From: an uncultured Owenweeksia sp.
Lineage (GTDB): Bacteria; Bacteroidota; Bacteroidia; Flavobacteriales; Schleiferiaceae
Direction: 5' to 3'
NCBI GenBank assembly: GCA_937146805.1
Contig: CAKZRR010000003.1
Coordinates: 6,332 to 70,331, forward strand
DNA length: 64,000 bases
Shown: positions 8,935 to 18,585 of the stretch, piece by piece
How the letters are laid out: every line of letters starts with the position of its first letter
Position numbering within the stretch: position 1 is the stretch's first letter
Position numbers and translations under genes: made by a program
Notes under the pieces: model-generated
The model's database searches: none
What the model saw: the letters and a program-made list of their open reading frames with translations, nothing else
Told to the model about the DNA's origin: nothing

Positions 8935-11034
8935 ATGAATCTCCTTGAAACATCCATAGAATATCTAAAAGGTGTAGGACCCAAACGCGGCCAGCTTTTA
9001 AAAAAGGAATTAGGCCTTAGCAACTACTCTGATCTCCTTCATTTTTTTCCGTTTAGATATGTGGATAGGTCTCATTTTCATAAAATTAACGGACTTATAT
9101 CGGCTACTACAGAAGTACAAATAGTTGGAACCTTAGGAGTTATAAAAGAACAAGGTGCAGGTCCCAAAAAACGACTAACAGCACAATTTAGTGATGAAAC
9201 TGGCAGTGTTGAACTTATTTGGTTTAAAGGAGTTAAGTGGGTAAAGGATTCGTTAAAAATTGGTAGCACCTATGTTTTGTATGGCAAACCTTCCGTTTAT
9301 CAAAACCGCTTCAACTTTCCGCACCCCGAGCTTGAGCTACTCAACGATTTTAAAGCCAACCCCATTAATGGCTTACAACCTGTTTATCCCTCTACCGAAA
9401 GGTTAAGCAACCAAGGGCTAAACGGAAAAGCGATTGGCAAGTTGCTAAAAAACCTTTTGCCTCAGCTGCAAAACACTTTGCAGGAGTACTTACCCGATTA
9501 TCTTATAAAAAAGTACCGTCTTAAAGGTTGTCGCGAAGCATACAATCAAGTGCATTTTCCGGCTAATATTGAGGAACTCGAAAAAGCACAAAGGCGCTTA
9601 AAGTTTGATGAGTTTTTATTTCTGCAATTTGAGCTATTGCAACAAAAACAGTTGCATCGTGAAACCATAAAAGGTTTTGCCTTTAAAAACTTAGGCTCTT
9701 ATTTTAATGATTTTTACAAACAAGTATTGCCCTTTACCCTAACGGGTGCGCAACAGCGGGTACTTAAAGAAATTCGTAAAGATTTACGGCAAGGTATTCA
9801 CATGAACCGCTTGGTGCAAGGAGATGTGGGTAGTGGAAAAACCATTGTGGCTTTAATGGCAATGCTTATGGCGCTTGACAATAATTTTCAAGCCTGTTTG
9901 ATGGCTCCTACCGAGATTCTGGCGAACCAACATTTTAGTAGTTTAAAAGAACTTACCCAGCCCTTGGGAGTAGAAATTGCCCTTTTAACAGGTAGTACCA
10001 AATCTGCCGAAAGGCGAAAAATACACGAACAGCTAGAAAACGGTACCCTTAAAATTTTAATTGGTACCCACGCACTAATTGAGGACAAAGTAAAATTTAA
10101 AAACCTAGGCTTAGCCGTTGTAGATGAGCAGCATAAATTTGGTGTTGCACAGCGAGCCAGCCTTTGGAAAAAGAACAGTTTACCACCCCATATTTTGGTA
10201 ATGACCGCTACTCCCATTCCTCGAACTTTGGCTATGAGCGTATATGGTCATTTGGATATTTCGGTGATTGATGAATTGCCGCCCGGACGAAAAGAAATTG
10301 AAACACACCATAGGTACGACTCTAGCCGTTTGCAAGTTTTTGGTTTTATGAAGCAACAAATTGAACTTGGCAGGCAGGTTTATGTGGTGTACCCCTTGAT
10401 TGAAGAATCTGAAAAAATGGATTACAAGGACTTGATGGATGGATATGAAAGTATTGAACGAGCCTTTCCTAAACCCAACTGCCAAATAAGTATTGTACAT
10501 GGGCGAATGACAGCCGAGGCCAAAGAGATTGAAATGCAACGATTTGTAAAAGGGCAAACACAAATAATGGTGGCCACCACCGTAATTGAAGTAGGTGTAA
10601 ATGTGCCCAATGCCTCTATTATGGTAATTGAAAGTAGCGAACGCTTTGGATTGAGTCAATTACATCAACTACGCGGACGTGTAGGGCGTGGTGCCGAACA
10701 GAGTTATTGCATTTTAATGAGCAGCTATAAACTAAGCGCCAATGCCAAAACCCGATTAAAAACAATGGTAGAAACGAACGATGGCTTTAAAATATCAGAA
10801 GTTGACATGAAGTTACGAGGACCCGGAGACTTAATGGGCACAAGACAAAGCGGTGATTTAAATTTAAAATTGGCCAGCTTAGTATTAGATGGAGCTATTT
10901 TGGAGCAAGCCAGGCTATGCGTCCAAAAAATATTGAATAACGACCCTCAGTTGGCCTTAATGCCCCATCAGCCACTAAAACGTAAACTACAAGAAAAATT
11001 GGCCGATAAAACGCAATGGGGTAAAATTTCTTAA
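8935..11034 (+). CDS. recG: ATP-dependent DNA helicase RecG
   Basis: LKGVGPKR wedge start, QGDVGSGKT, DEQH, MTATPIPRT, LHQLRGRVGRG, RGPGD. Confidence 0.97.
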   Translation: MNLLETSIEYLKGVGPKRGQLLKKELGLSNYSDLLHFFPFRYVDRSHFHKINGLISATTEVQIVGTLGVIKEQGAGPKKRLTAQFSDETGSVELIWFKGVKWVKDSLKIGSTYVLYGKPSVYQNRFNFPHPELELLNDFKANPINGLQPVYPSTERLSNQGLNGKAIGKLLKNLLPQLQNTLQEYLPDYLIKKYRLKGCREAYNQVHFPANIEELEKAQRRLKFDEFLFLQFELLQQKQLHRETIKGFAFKNLGSYFNDFYKQVLPFTLTGAQQRVLKEIRKDLRQGIHMNRLVQGDVGSGKTIVALMAMLMALDNNFQACLMAPTEILANQHFSSLKELTQPLGVEIALLTGSTKSAERRKIHEQLENGTLKILIGTHALIEDKVKFKNLGLAVVDEQHKFGVAQRASLWKKNSLPPHILVMTATPIPRTLAMSVYGHLDISVIDELPPGRKEIETHHRYDSSRLQVFGFMKQQIELGRQVYVVYPLIEESEKMDYKDLMDGYESIERAFPKPNCQISIVHGRMTAEAKEIEMQRFVKGQTQIMVATTVIEVGVNVPNASIMVIESSERFGLSQLHQLRGRVGRGAEQSYCILMSSYKLSANAKTRLKTMVETNDGFKISEVDMKLRGPGDLMGTRQSGDLNLKLASLVLDGAILEQARLCVQKILNNDPQLALMPHQPLKRKLQEKLADKTQWGKIS

Positions 11035-11055
11035 GGCTATTGCCTAGCGGCTACC

Positions 11056-11063
11056 TATATTTG
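11056..11063 (+). promoter_or_regulatory. -7 promoter box upstream of wzm
   Basis: TATATTTG, identical to boxes at 44419, 58687, 58642(-) and 61982; overlaps the annotated GTG. Confidence 0.5.
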
Positions 11064-11920
11064 TGCAAAATCACAACAACATCGCAAAGCAACCCACACC
11101 TCACACACGTATTACTGCAAAATCACCATCGCTGGGTGCTAGTTTAGCAGAGGTTTGGCGCTATCGCCAATTGCTCATTACCTTTGCTAAGCGCGATTAT
11201 AAAGTTCGCTACGCACAAACCCTTTTAGGTTTTAGTTGGTCATTTATTCAACCTCTGGCCTCGGTAGTAGTGCTGTATTTTATTTTTCAACGGGTAATGA
11301 AAGTACCTACGGGTAACATTAGTTACCTACCCTTTGCGCTAAGCGGCCTCATTTTTTGGAACTACTTTCAATCTGTGGTTACTCAGGCTTCCGCATCGCT
11401 TATAGGTAACCAAAGTATTATCCGTAAAATCTATTTCCCTAGGCTTACACTACCTCTTTCGCGAGCCATTGTAACGTTGGTAGAGCCCTTGGTAGCTGCC
11501 CTTTTGTTTATTATTGCCTTATTGTATTTCAATGAGGGCTCTTGGTTTGCGGCACTTAGCTTTATCCCATTATTAGCACTTACGGCATTAGCAGCTCTAG
11601 GTTTAGGTTTATGGAGCAGCGCACTTTCAATACGCTTTCGTGATTTACAGCAAGCGATACCTTTTGCCCTGCAAATGTTGTTCTTTGCCACACCCATTGC
11701 TTACTCCAGCTCGCTGTTACGTAAAATTTCACCTGCAAATGCAGATTACCTTTTATACCTCAATCCTTTAACAGGCATTATTGAAACCTTTCGCCACCTA
11801 GTATTTGGCACCAACCTATCTCCGCACGTTTGGATTTCGGTGCTTTTAGCCTTTTGCCTATTTGCTTCGGGACTGATTTATTTTCAAAAAGTAGAACGCA
11901 AAATTGCCGATATTGTATGA
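11063..11920 (+). CDS. wzm: Polysaccharide ABC transporter permease
   Basis: EVWRYRQLL..FAKRDYKVRYAQT.LG..W..IQP, KIYFPR, RFRDLQQ, LNPLT; start codon uncertain. Confidence 0.92.
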   Translation: MQNHNNIAKQPTPHTRITAKSPSLGASLAEVWRYRQLLITFAKRDYKVRYAQTLLGFSWSFIQPLASVVVLYFIFQRVMKVPTGNISYLPFALSGLIFWNYFQSVVTQASASLIGNQSIIRKIYFPRLTLPLSRAIVTLVEPLVAALLFIIALLYFNEGSWFAALSFIPLLALTALAALGLGLWSSALSIRFRDLQQAIPFALQMLFFATPIAYSSSLLRKISPANADYLLYLNPLTGIIETFRHLVFGTNLSPHVWISVLLAFCLFASGLIYFQKVERKIADIV

Positions 11921-13086
11921 TGCCTGCCATTAAGATTAGAAACTTATCTAAGCACTATCGAATTAAAGGCCCTAAAAAGAAAGAGCAATTTGAAGCCTTG
12001 CGCAATATCAATTTAGATATTGAGAAAGGTAAAGTTACGGGCCTAATTGGCCCCAATGGAGCAGGTAAATCAACACTCTTAAAAATTCTATCTCGCATTA
12101 CACTGCCCAGCACCGGCACCATTGAAATTGAAGGAAGACTGGCTTCTTTGTTAGAGGTAGGCACCGGTTTTAATCAAGAGTTAAGTGGCCGCGAAAACAT
12201 TTATTTAAACGGTGCTATATTAGGCATGAGCACCGCAGAAATTGATGCTCAGTTTGATGAAATTTTAGCCTTTTCGGGAGTAAATAAATTTATAGACACA
12301 CCTGTAAAACACTACAGTAGTGGCATGTATGTACGGCTGGCTTTTTCGGTAGCTGCGCATCTTCAGTCTGATATTTTATTGATAGATGAAGTACTGGCCG
12401 TTGGCGATGCTAATTTTCAAAAAAAATGCCTAGAAAAAATTAATGAAGCTACACAAGCCAATCGTACCGTAGTTTTTGTTAGCCATAACATGAGTATTGC
12501 GCGTACCCTCTGTGACACACTGGTTTACCTTAAAAAAGGAGAAGTTGTAAAAAAGGGAAATAGTGACGAAGTAGCTGATTTTTATCTTAAAGAATCCACC
12601 GAAGTAGCTAAAAAAGTGGCCGTATCCGACCGCATCGACCGAAAGGGAAATGGACAAGCTACGTTGCAAGATTTAAGTTGTCACCATCAAAACATGAATG
12701 GTGTTTTAACAACAGGTTTGTCTGCAAATTTTGTTAGCTGTTTACAAATAAACACCACTCATCAAGAGGTAGATGTAGAGCTACGTTTAAACATTTTTAA
12801 CACTCACGGGCAATTTTTAACCACGCTTAATAATAAACTGAGCGGGCACTTGTTTAAAACCGAAAAATCGGAGGTGTCTCTTAATTGTTCTATTAAAAAA
12901 TTACCCTTAATGCCTGGAAGTTATACTATTAAGGCCAAGGTAAATGTTAATGGCATTCAAGCAGATGTATTGGATAATGCTTATACGTTTAAGGTTTTAG
13001 AAGGCGATTTTTACGGCAGTAAGCAATGGGATAAAAAAAGAGTGCCTGGCGTATTTATTGACCAGCATTGGGGTATCGAAGCTTAA
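11917..13086 (+). CDS. wzt: Polysaccharide ABC transporter ATPase with C-terminal Wzt_C carbohydrate-binding domain
   Basis: GPNGAGKST, LLEVGTGF..ELSGREN, YSSGMYVRLAF, IDEVLAVGD..FQKKC; C-terminal Ig-like LMPGSY domain; ATGA overlap with wzm. Confidence 0.93.
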   Translation: MMPAIKIRNLSKHYRIKGPKKKEQFEALRNINLDIEKGKVTGLIGPNGAGKSTLLKILSRITLPSTGTIEIEGRLASLLEVGTGFNQELSGRENIYLNGAILGMSTAEIDAQFDEILAFSGVNKFIDTPVKHYSSGMYVRLAFSVAAHLQSDILLIDEVLAVGDANFQKKCLEKINEATQANRTVVFVSHNMSIARTLCDTLVYLKKGEVVKKGNSDEVADFYLKESTEVAKKVAVSDRIDRKGNGQATLQDLSCHHQNMNGVLTTGLSANFVSCLQINTTHQEVDVELRLNIFNTHGQFLTTLNNKLSGHLFKTEKSEVSLNCSIKKLPLMPGSYTIKAKVNVNGIQADVLDNAYTFKVLEGDFYGSKQWDKKRVPGVFIDQHWGIEA

Positions 13087-13855
13087 CCAAGGTGTCCTTG
13101 ATTTTTTGCTTACACTTTACATACGTAAGATAAGATTTAGCCCCACGCTGCATTTTTTCAAAGGCTATACGGGCATCTTCGTATAAATCCATATCCAATT
13201 GGTTCAATGCCTCAATTTGTGTTCTATAAGTTGTGATTAGCTCAGCTGCTTCGCCTGGCGACTTACCTCTATTAAGTCTTTTATAGCTTGTTTTTGGCCA
13301 GTTCAACTGACGGCACATTAACCAAACGCTGTCTTCAAAATACTCGGTAATACCGCAAAAAGCAATTCTATTATGCAGCGTATCTAGGGCATCCTTTTTT
13401 AACGTGACGGTATTGGCCGTTTCAGCGGTAAGTCCTCGCACACCACCCAAAAATTGAGATTGTGCATTAAAAGCAAGATCTGTTTCCAGAAACTCCTCAA
13501 AGGTTATCCATCCCCTCTCCTTTTGTCCTGAAAGTGTGTTTTTGGCATTTTTAAAATGGAGAAATTTGGAAACCGTATGTTCCACGGGGTTTCGTAAAAA
13601 TGTAAGCCACTCGTAGTTTTTAGCTAGCTCAAACTCATTAAGCATTTGAGTTTTTAAATGACCATATATCAAACACTTATCTTCGTTTAAAGCTTGCGAA
13701 AAACGGTTTTTAACCACCTCATACACAGAGCCATAACATTCACTACGATGTTGTTTGGCATAGTTAGAGAAAACCACCGTACGCAAACTTGTGCCGGCTG
13801 TTTTAGGGTTATGTAAAAAAATTATTTTCCTTTGAGACAAATTCAAAACACACAA
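13055..13855 (-). CDS. Sulfotransferase (Sulfotransfer_2-like)
   Basis: FLHNPKTAGTS 5'-PAPS loop, TFLRNPV 3'-PB motif, LNQLDMDLYE tail. Confidence 0.85.
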   Translation of the reverse strand: MCVLNLSQRKIIFLHNPKTAGTSLRTVVFSNYAKQHRSECYGSVYEVVKNRFSQALNEDKCLIYGHLKTQMLNEFELAKNYEWLTFLRNPVEHTVSKFLHFKNAKNTLSGQKERGWITFEEFLETDLAFNAQSQFLGGVRGLTAETANTVTLKKDALDTLHNRIAFCGITEYFEDSVWLMCRQLNWPKTSYKRLNRGKSPGEAAELITTYRTQIEALNQLDMDLYEDARIAFEKMQRGAKSYLTYVKCKQKIKDTLVKLRYPNAGQ

Positions 13856-14515
13856 TTGTTACCTATACCGCCCCCTTATATTATTATTGGTATGCACCGC
13901 AGCGGCACCTCGTTGCTGGCGAATGTACTCGAAAAATCAGGAATTTTTATGGGCGCGCATAAAGATCATAATTACGAGTCAATTCCTTTTTTAAGCCAAA
14001 ATCAAGAATGCCTATGGGCAACCAATGCCAATTGGCTGGAACCCAAAACACCTAAACCCGAACATTACACACCTTACTCTAATGCTTTTTTGTTTTACCA
14101 GCATTTTAAGGCGCATGGTAGATGGGCACAGCTAAAACTGCATTGTAAAATTGTTAGCTGGGGCTGGAAAGATCCGAGAAATACTTTTACGTTACCCATG
14201 TGGCTTGGCCTGTTTCCTAGAGCTCGAGTTATTCATATACATAGGCAGCAAAAGGACGTAGTGAAGAGTTTACAGCAACGAAATCATAAAACAGGCGAAG
14301 TACAAGACGAGCGCTTAAATGATTTGGGTTTTTGCCAGAATTTGCATCAACAATACATAGATGCCGCCAATAGCTACCAAGATTTAGGAAATAGATATTT
14401 TGAATTGACATATGAAGATTTAATACAGGCTAAGGCAGAAACTATTAGTGCCTTGGAGCATTTTACAGGCAAAAAAATCTTGAAAAACTTACAGGAAACC
14501 GTTCATACAAAATAA
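13832..14515 (+). CDS. Sulfotransferase (Sulfotransfer_3-like)
   Basis: IIIGMHRSGTS PAPS loop, WGWKDPRN, TYEDL; alternative TTG start at 13856. Confidence 0.85.
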   Translation: MRQIQNTQLLPIPPPYIIIGMHRSGTSLLANVLEKSGIFMGAHKDHNYESIPFLSQNQECLWATNANWLEPKTPKPEHYTPYSNAFLFYQHFKAHGRWAQLKLHCKIVSWGWKDPRNTFTLPMWLGLFPRARVIHIHRQQKDVVKSLQQRNHKTGEVQDERLNDLGFCQNLHQQYIDAANSYQDLGNRYFELTYEDLIQAKAETISALEHFTGKKILKNLQETVHTK

Positions 14516-14574
14516 GCCTTTAGCCCCCACTTTTTTAATTACTTTGCACCAAAGCTCACTCGCTAAATTTTACA

Positions 14575-15603
14575 ATGCCACAAGTTTCGGTTATTATTCC
14601 TAATTACAATCACGCAGATTTTCTACGCCAGCGTATTGAAAGTGTTTTGGCTCAAACTTTTACAGATTATGAACTCATCATTTTAGATGATTATTCTCCC
14701 GATAATTCTCGTGAAGTAATTGCAGAATATGCTAGCAAACATCCGCAAATAAAAACCGTGTTTAATGAACAAAATTCGGGTAGCCCTTTTGCCCAATGGA
14801 ACAAAGGTTGTGAACTAGCGAAGGGCGAATACTTATGGTTTGCAGAGAGTGATGATTTTTGCGAACCCAAATTGCTAGAAACGCTGGTGCCTTTGTTAAA
14901 TAAAAATGCAAACGTTGGCATTGCCTATGCTCAAACCTATTTGGTAGATGAAAAAGGAGCGGTTAAAAACAGCTATCTCAAAAACCTAGATTTTATCTAT
15001 AAAAACGATACTTGGCATACCCACTTTATTAAAAACGGAGCTGAAGCCTGTAAAGAGTGGTTGCTTTTTCATAACCCAATACCCAATGCCAGCGGGGCAC
15101 TTATACGCAAACGAAATTTTGTGGAAGCGGGAATGGGGGATGCCAGCATGAAGTTAAATGGAGATTGGTTTTTATACGCCAAAATTTTGGCCGAATCGGA
15201 TTTGGCGTTTAGCAACGAACACCTAAATTATTTTAGGGTTCACGACCGTACACAAAGACAAAGAGCTAAAGTAGATGGAACGGTATATTTAGAAATTATT
15301 AGAATAAATGACTTTATAAGAGAGCACATAAAAGATAGTAAAACAAATGCCGATTTGGCTTTGCGGAAAATTGCTGATTGGTGGATTGGAAGTATTCCTA
15401 GGCAAAAATGGACAGTCGGAAATTTCCAAATCAACCGTCAGCTTTATGGAGTCTTTAAAAAGTATCGCGGCTGGGTTCTTTTTCACATTTGTTATACTTA
15501 TATCCTATTAACCGCTCGCAAAGTATTGTACCATTTAGGTCTATTAAAAGTGGCCAAAACTGCTCGTTTCAAAATGTTTCCGGGCAAATACTTTACACAC
15601 TAG
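14575..15603 (+). CDS. Glycosyltransferase family 2
   Basis: VSVIIPNYNH, ILDDYSPDNS, AESDD (DxD), GDWFLY. Confidence 0.92.
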   Translation: MPQVSVIIPNYNHADFLRQRIESVLAQTFTDYELIILDDYSPDNSREVIAEYASKHPQIKTVFNEQNSGSPFAQWNKGCELAKGEYLWFAESDDFCEPKLLETLVPLLNKNANVGIAYAQTYLVDEKGAVKNSYLKNLDFIYKNDTWHTHFIKNGAEACKEWLLFHNPIPNASGALIRKRNFVEAGMGDASMKLNGDWFLYAKILAESDLAFSNEHLNYFRVHDRTQRQRAKVDGTVYLEIIRINDFIREHIKDSKTNADLALRKIADWWIGSIPRQKWTVGNFQINRQLYGVFKKYRGWVLFHICYTYILLTARKVLYHLGLLKVAKTARFKMFPGKYFTH

Positions 15604-15605
15604 TT

Positions 15606-16457
15606 ATGATCTCGGTTGTTGTTCCCATTTATAATGCAGAAAAAACGCTGGATGCTTGCCTACAAAGTATAAGCACTCAACTTTTCCTTCCTAAGCAGGT
15701 AGTTTTAATAAACGATGGGAGTACGGATAACAGCTTGGTAATCTGTGGGGAATGGGCCAAAAATAAAGACTTTGAAATAATTATTTACAGTCAAGAGAAC
15801 AAAGGTTTAGGTGCTGCGCGCAACAGTGGTATTTCACGTTGTTCTCAAAAGTGGGTAGCATTTTTAGATGCGGATGACATTTGGAATGAGTACAAGTTAG
15901 AGCTCTGCCATAGCCACTTGCTTCAGCAAGATTGTGATGTATTATACCACGAGGTAAACTCATTTGGGCTTGGCACCGAAAAAAAACGTGCCGCCTGGCC
16001 CATTAACAGCCTGCAAGATCTTTTATTAAAGGGTAATCCCATTTTTCCATCCGCTGTAGTTGTCAAAAAATCCAATCTTCTGGATCACCCCTTTCAAACC
16101 AATCCACAGTTTCATGGTGCCGAGGATCTGTATCTTTGGATTGAACTTTTAGAAGATGGTAAAATTTTTGATTTTATGAATCAGGCGCTTTGCCAATATC
16201 GAGAAAGTGGAGGAATGAGTACCCAGCTCGAAAATCATTTAGAACACGTACAAAATGTACTGAATCATTTTTTAGAGAAAGCTTACTTTACTCAAATAGA
16301 ATTGAAGCAGGCCTGGCAACGCAAAAACTATGAAGCCGCTAGGTTTTATCATAAACGCGGGCTATTTAAACAAGCCAAAAAACACTATAGTTTAACTAAC
16401 AGCAGCCTAAAAATTAATACACTGCAATTTTTGGGTAGACTTAAAATTAAGATTTAG
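15606..16457 (+). CDS. Glycosyltransferase family 2
   Basis: MISVVVPIYNAE, INDGSTDNS, AFLDADD, AEDLYLW; ATG 2 nt after the previous stop. Confidence 0.92.
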   Translation: MISVVVPIYNAEKTLDACLQSISTQLFLPKQVVLINDGSTDNSLVICGEWAKNKDFEIIIYSQENKGLGAARNSGISRCSQKWVAFLDADDIWNEYKLELCHSHLLQQDCDVLYHEVNSFGLGTEKKRAAWPINSLQDLLLKGNPIFPSAVVVKKSNLLDHPFQTNPQFHGAEDLYLWIELLEDGKIFDFMNQALCQYRESGGMSTQLENHLEHVQNVLNHFLEKAYFTQIELKQAWQRKNYEAARFYHKRGLFKQAKKHYSLTNSSLKINTLQFLGRLKIKI

Positions 16458-18381
16458 CTTTTTTATTTAATTCCAAAAAACCGAGGTAAGCCTGAATAAA
16501 AGCGGCTTCCCCTCTAGGATTGATACTTTCGATATGATCTAGCAAAGGTTTCATATCAGCTGGACGATTACGCACCAATTGCTGCAATGTAAAACTCATA
16601 TGTTTTGCAAACCTAGGATCGGTAGTTTTAGGGTTAATCATTACCAGCTCTCTAAAGGCCTGGCGGTAACTTTCTTCGGTAATTAAAAACTCTGTTTTAC
16701 CATAAATGGCCAACTCAAATCTACTTGAAATAGCTAAAGCCTTATCATAATACTCAAAGGCCATTTTTCGATTTTTCTGGGTTTTATAAATATTCCCCAT
16801 TTGCACTAAAGTGATAATGTTGTAAGGATGAATCTCTTCAGCATACAAACCATCTTGTAAGGCAGGTTGCATTTGCTGCTGAACTAGTTTAGCCATAGAG
16901 CTGTAATACGGTAATGGATTAGCATAACTATCCATATTGTAAAAGGCATTTACCGCACTTTCGGCCGCAGGTATCAACTTTTGAGCATTGCGCTCCGCGT
17001 TACCCTGCAGTACTATAGCGCTGTACTTTTCGCCACTAATGCGATAATTACTCACTATAGCCGAAAAGCTCACAAAAACCAACACCAATACTACCAGCAC
17101 TTTTGAGTTAACGTTTACCTTCGATTTCTCGGCTTGATTTCGATACAAAAGCGCAATAAGCAACATCAAAATAGTTGTATGAGGAGTTCGCTCTAAGGGG
17201 AAATCTGTAAGCGAAAAAATAAGGAAGGAAGAAAACCCAAAGCCTAGTATTAAATCTACCCCCAACTCAGAGGAACTCTTAGCACCTTTTAAATTCTTAA
17301 TCCATCTGGCGAAAGCCAAAATAAAAAATGCCAAGTAAAAAAGTAAGCCCAAAGGGCCGGTTTCGGCCAACACCCATAGGTAATCATTGTGGGGGCGCTG
17401 TACGTGGGTAATACCCTGAGAAACTGGATAAGACAATCCATCTAAACCGTACTTCGGGAAGTTTATTTTCCAGTTACCAAGGCCAACCCCTAAAACGGGA
17501 TGCTCCTGCACCATCTCCATACTATTTTTCCAAAAAATAAATCGTTTGTCCAAGTTAGTGCTATCGGAAACGGATTGTTTAACAGAACCTACACTAAATA
17601 ACAACACCAACATGGCCACTACAGCCATGCCTGAAATGGCTAACCATTTTAAAGGGAACTTCACCTCAAGTGCTTTTCTATTTGAAAAAACATAAAAGCT
17701 TAGAACGGTTAATCCGGCTGCACCAAAAGTAGCCACCCACACACCACGCGTTCGTAAAACAAAAATTTCTAAGAGCAGTAGAGCAGTTAAAGCAGCAGAT
17801 ACTTTTTTGAGCCACCCGTCATGAATTATAATACCCATTATGCTAAAGGGCAAAGACAACATTAAGGCCGAAGCCAACAGGTTTTTATGTCCAAAGCGGC
17901 CAGTTACCGCGTAAATATCTTCTAAAAATTGACCGTTATTTAAAGCCTCAATCAAATTGGCTGCAGCCGAAAGTGAAGCTATACCTCCAAAAATAAGCAT
18001 GGCATTGAGCACATTTTTAAAGTTTAACTTTTTTGCTTTTAGAAGCAACATGCTGCTCAACAACACCGAAAACATAAGCAGGTATCTACTGAGTGTAGCC
18101 CAACTTTCGGTGCTGTTAATGGCTTGACTGATAGAAAGAGCACCTACCAGTAAAAAAGCAAAAAAAGCAATTTGCAATCCTCCTATGGCCCAGGCAAACT
18201 TTTTCTCCCGAAAAACAAACAGAACCGCCAAAGCTAAAACAGCCAAGGAAACAAGCATTTGCCTAGGCACTAAATTAAAATCTACCAAATTGGTCATTTG
18301 CACAATTGGCAAAAATGCCAACATTGCTATTGTTATAAAGCCATAAACGGTTGTGGAAGATTTTTTAGCCGCCATTATCAA
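16447..18381 (-). CDS. O-antigen ligase / oligosaccharyltransferase-like (Wzy_C) membrane protein with C-terminal TPR region
   Basis: Multiple TMs, TRGVW, R..FW..S..M...HPVLGVGLGNW, RPHNDYLWVLAETG; TPR-like helices AFEYYDKALAIS. Confidence 0.85.
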   Translation of the reverse strand: MIMAAKKSSTTVYGFITIAMLAFLPIVQMTNLVDFNLVPRQMLVSLAVLALAVLFVFREKKFAWAIGGLQIAFFAFLLVGALSISQAINSTESWATLSRYLLMFSVLLSSMLLLKAKKLNFKNVLNAMLIFGGIASLSAAANLIEALNNGQFLEDIYAVTGRFGHKNLLASALMLSLPFSIMGIIIHDGWLKKVSAALTALLLLEIFVLRTRGVWVATFGAAGLTVLSFYVFSNRKALEVKFPLKWLAISGMAVVAMLVLLFSVGSVKQSVSDSTNLDKRFIFWKNSMEMVQEHPVLGVGLGNWKINFPKYGLDGLSYPVSQGITHVQRPHNDYLWVLAETGPLGLLFYLAFFILAFARWIKNLKGAKSSSELGVDLILGFGFSSFLIFSLTDFPLERTPHTTILMLLIALLYRNQAEKSKVNVNSKVLVVLVLVFVSFSAIVSNYRISGEKYSAIVLQGNAERNAQKLIPAAESAVNAFYNMDSYANPLPYYSSMAKLVQQQMQPALQDGLYAEEIHPYNIITLVQMGNIYKTQKNRKMAFEYYDKALAISSRFELAIYGKTEFLITEESYRQAFRELVMINPKTTDPRFAKHMSFTLQQLVRNRPADMKPLLDHIESINPRGEAAFIQAYLGFLELNKKAKS

Positions 18382-18585
18382 ATATCTTTTAGCCGCTAAA
18401 AGTAAACATTGCGCTTCATTGTGTTAATTTCGCAGCCCATAATTATTTATTAACCCGCTAAGTTTTTAATCATCGAGCCCTCCCCAAAAAATCGCAAACC
18501 AAAGGAGCGTAGCTTTTCGCAACAAAGCACCCTGTTTCACCACTACTATAAGCGGAGCGGGCGCTATAAGTTTATTGGTAAAAAC

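Noticed and set aside
10180-10659. 159-aa antisense ORF inside recG
   Set aside because: No motif; fully antisense to a conserved gene
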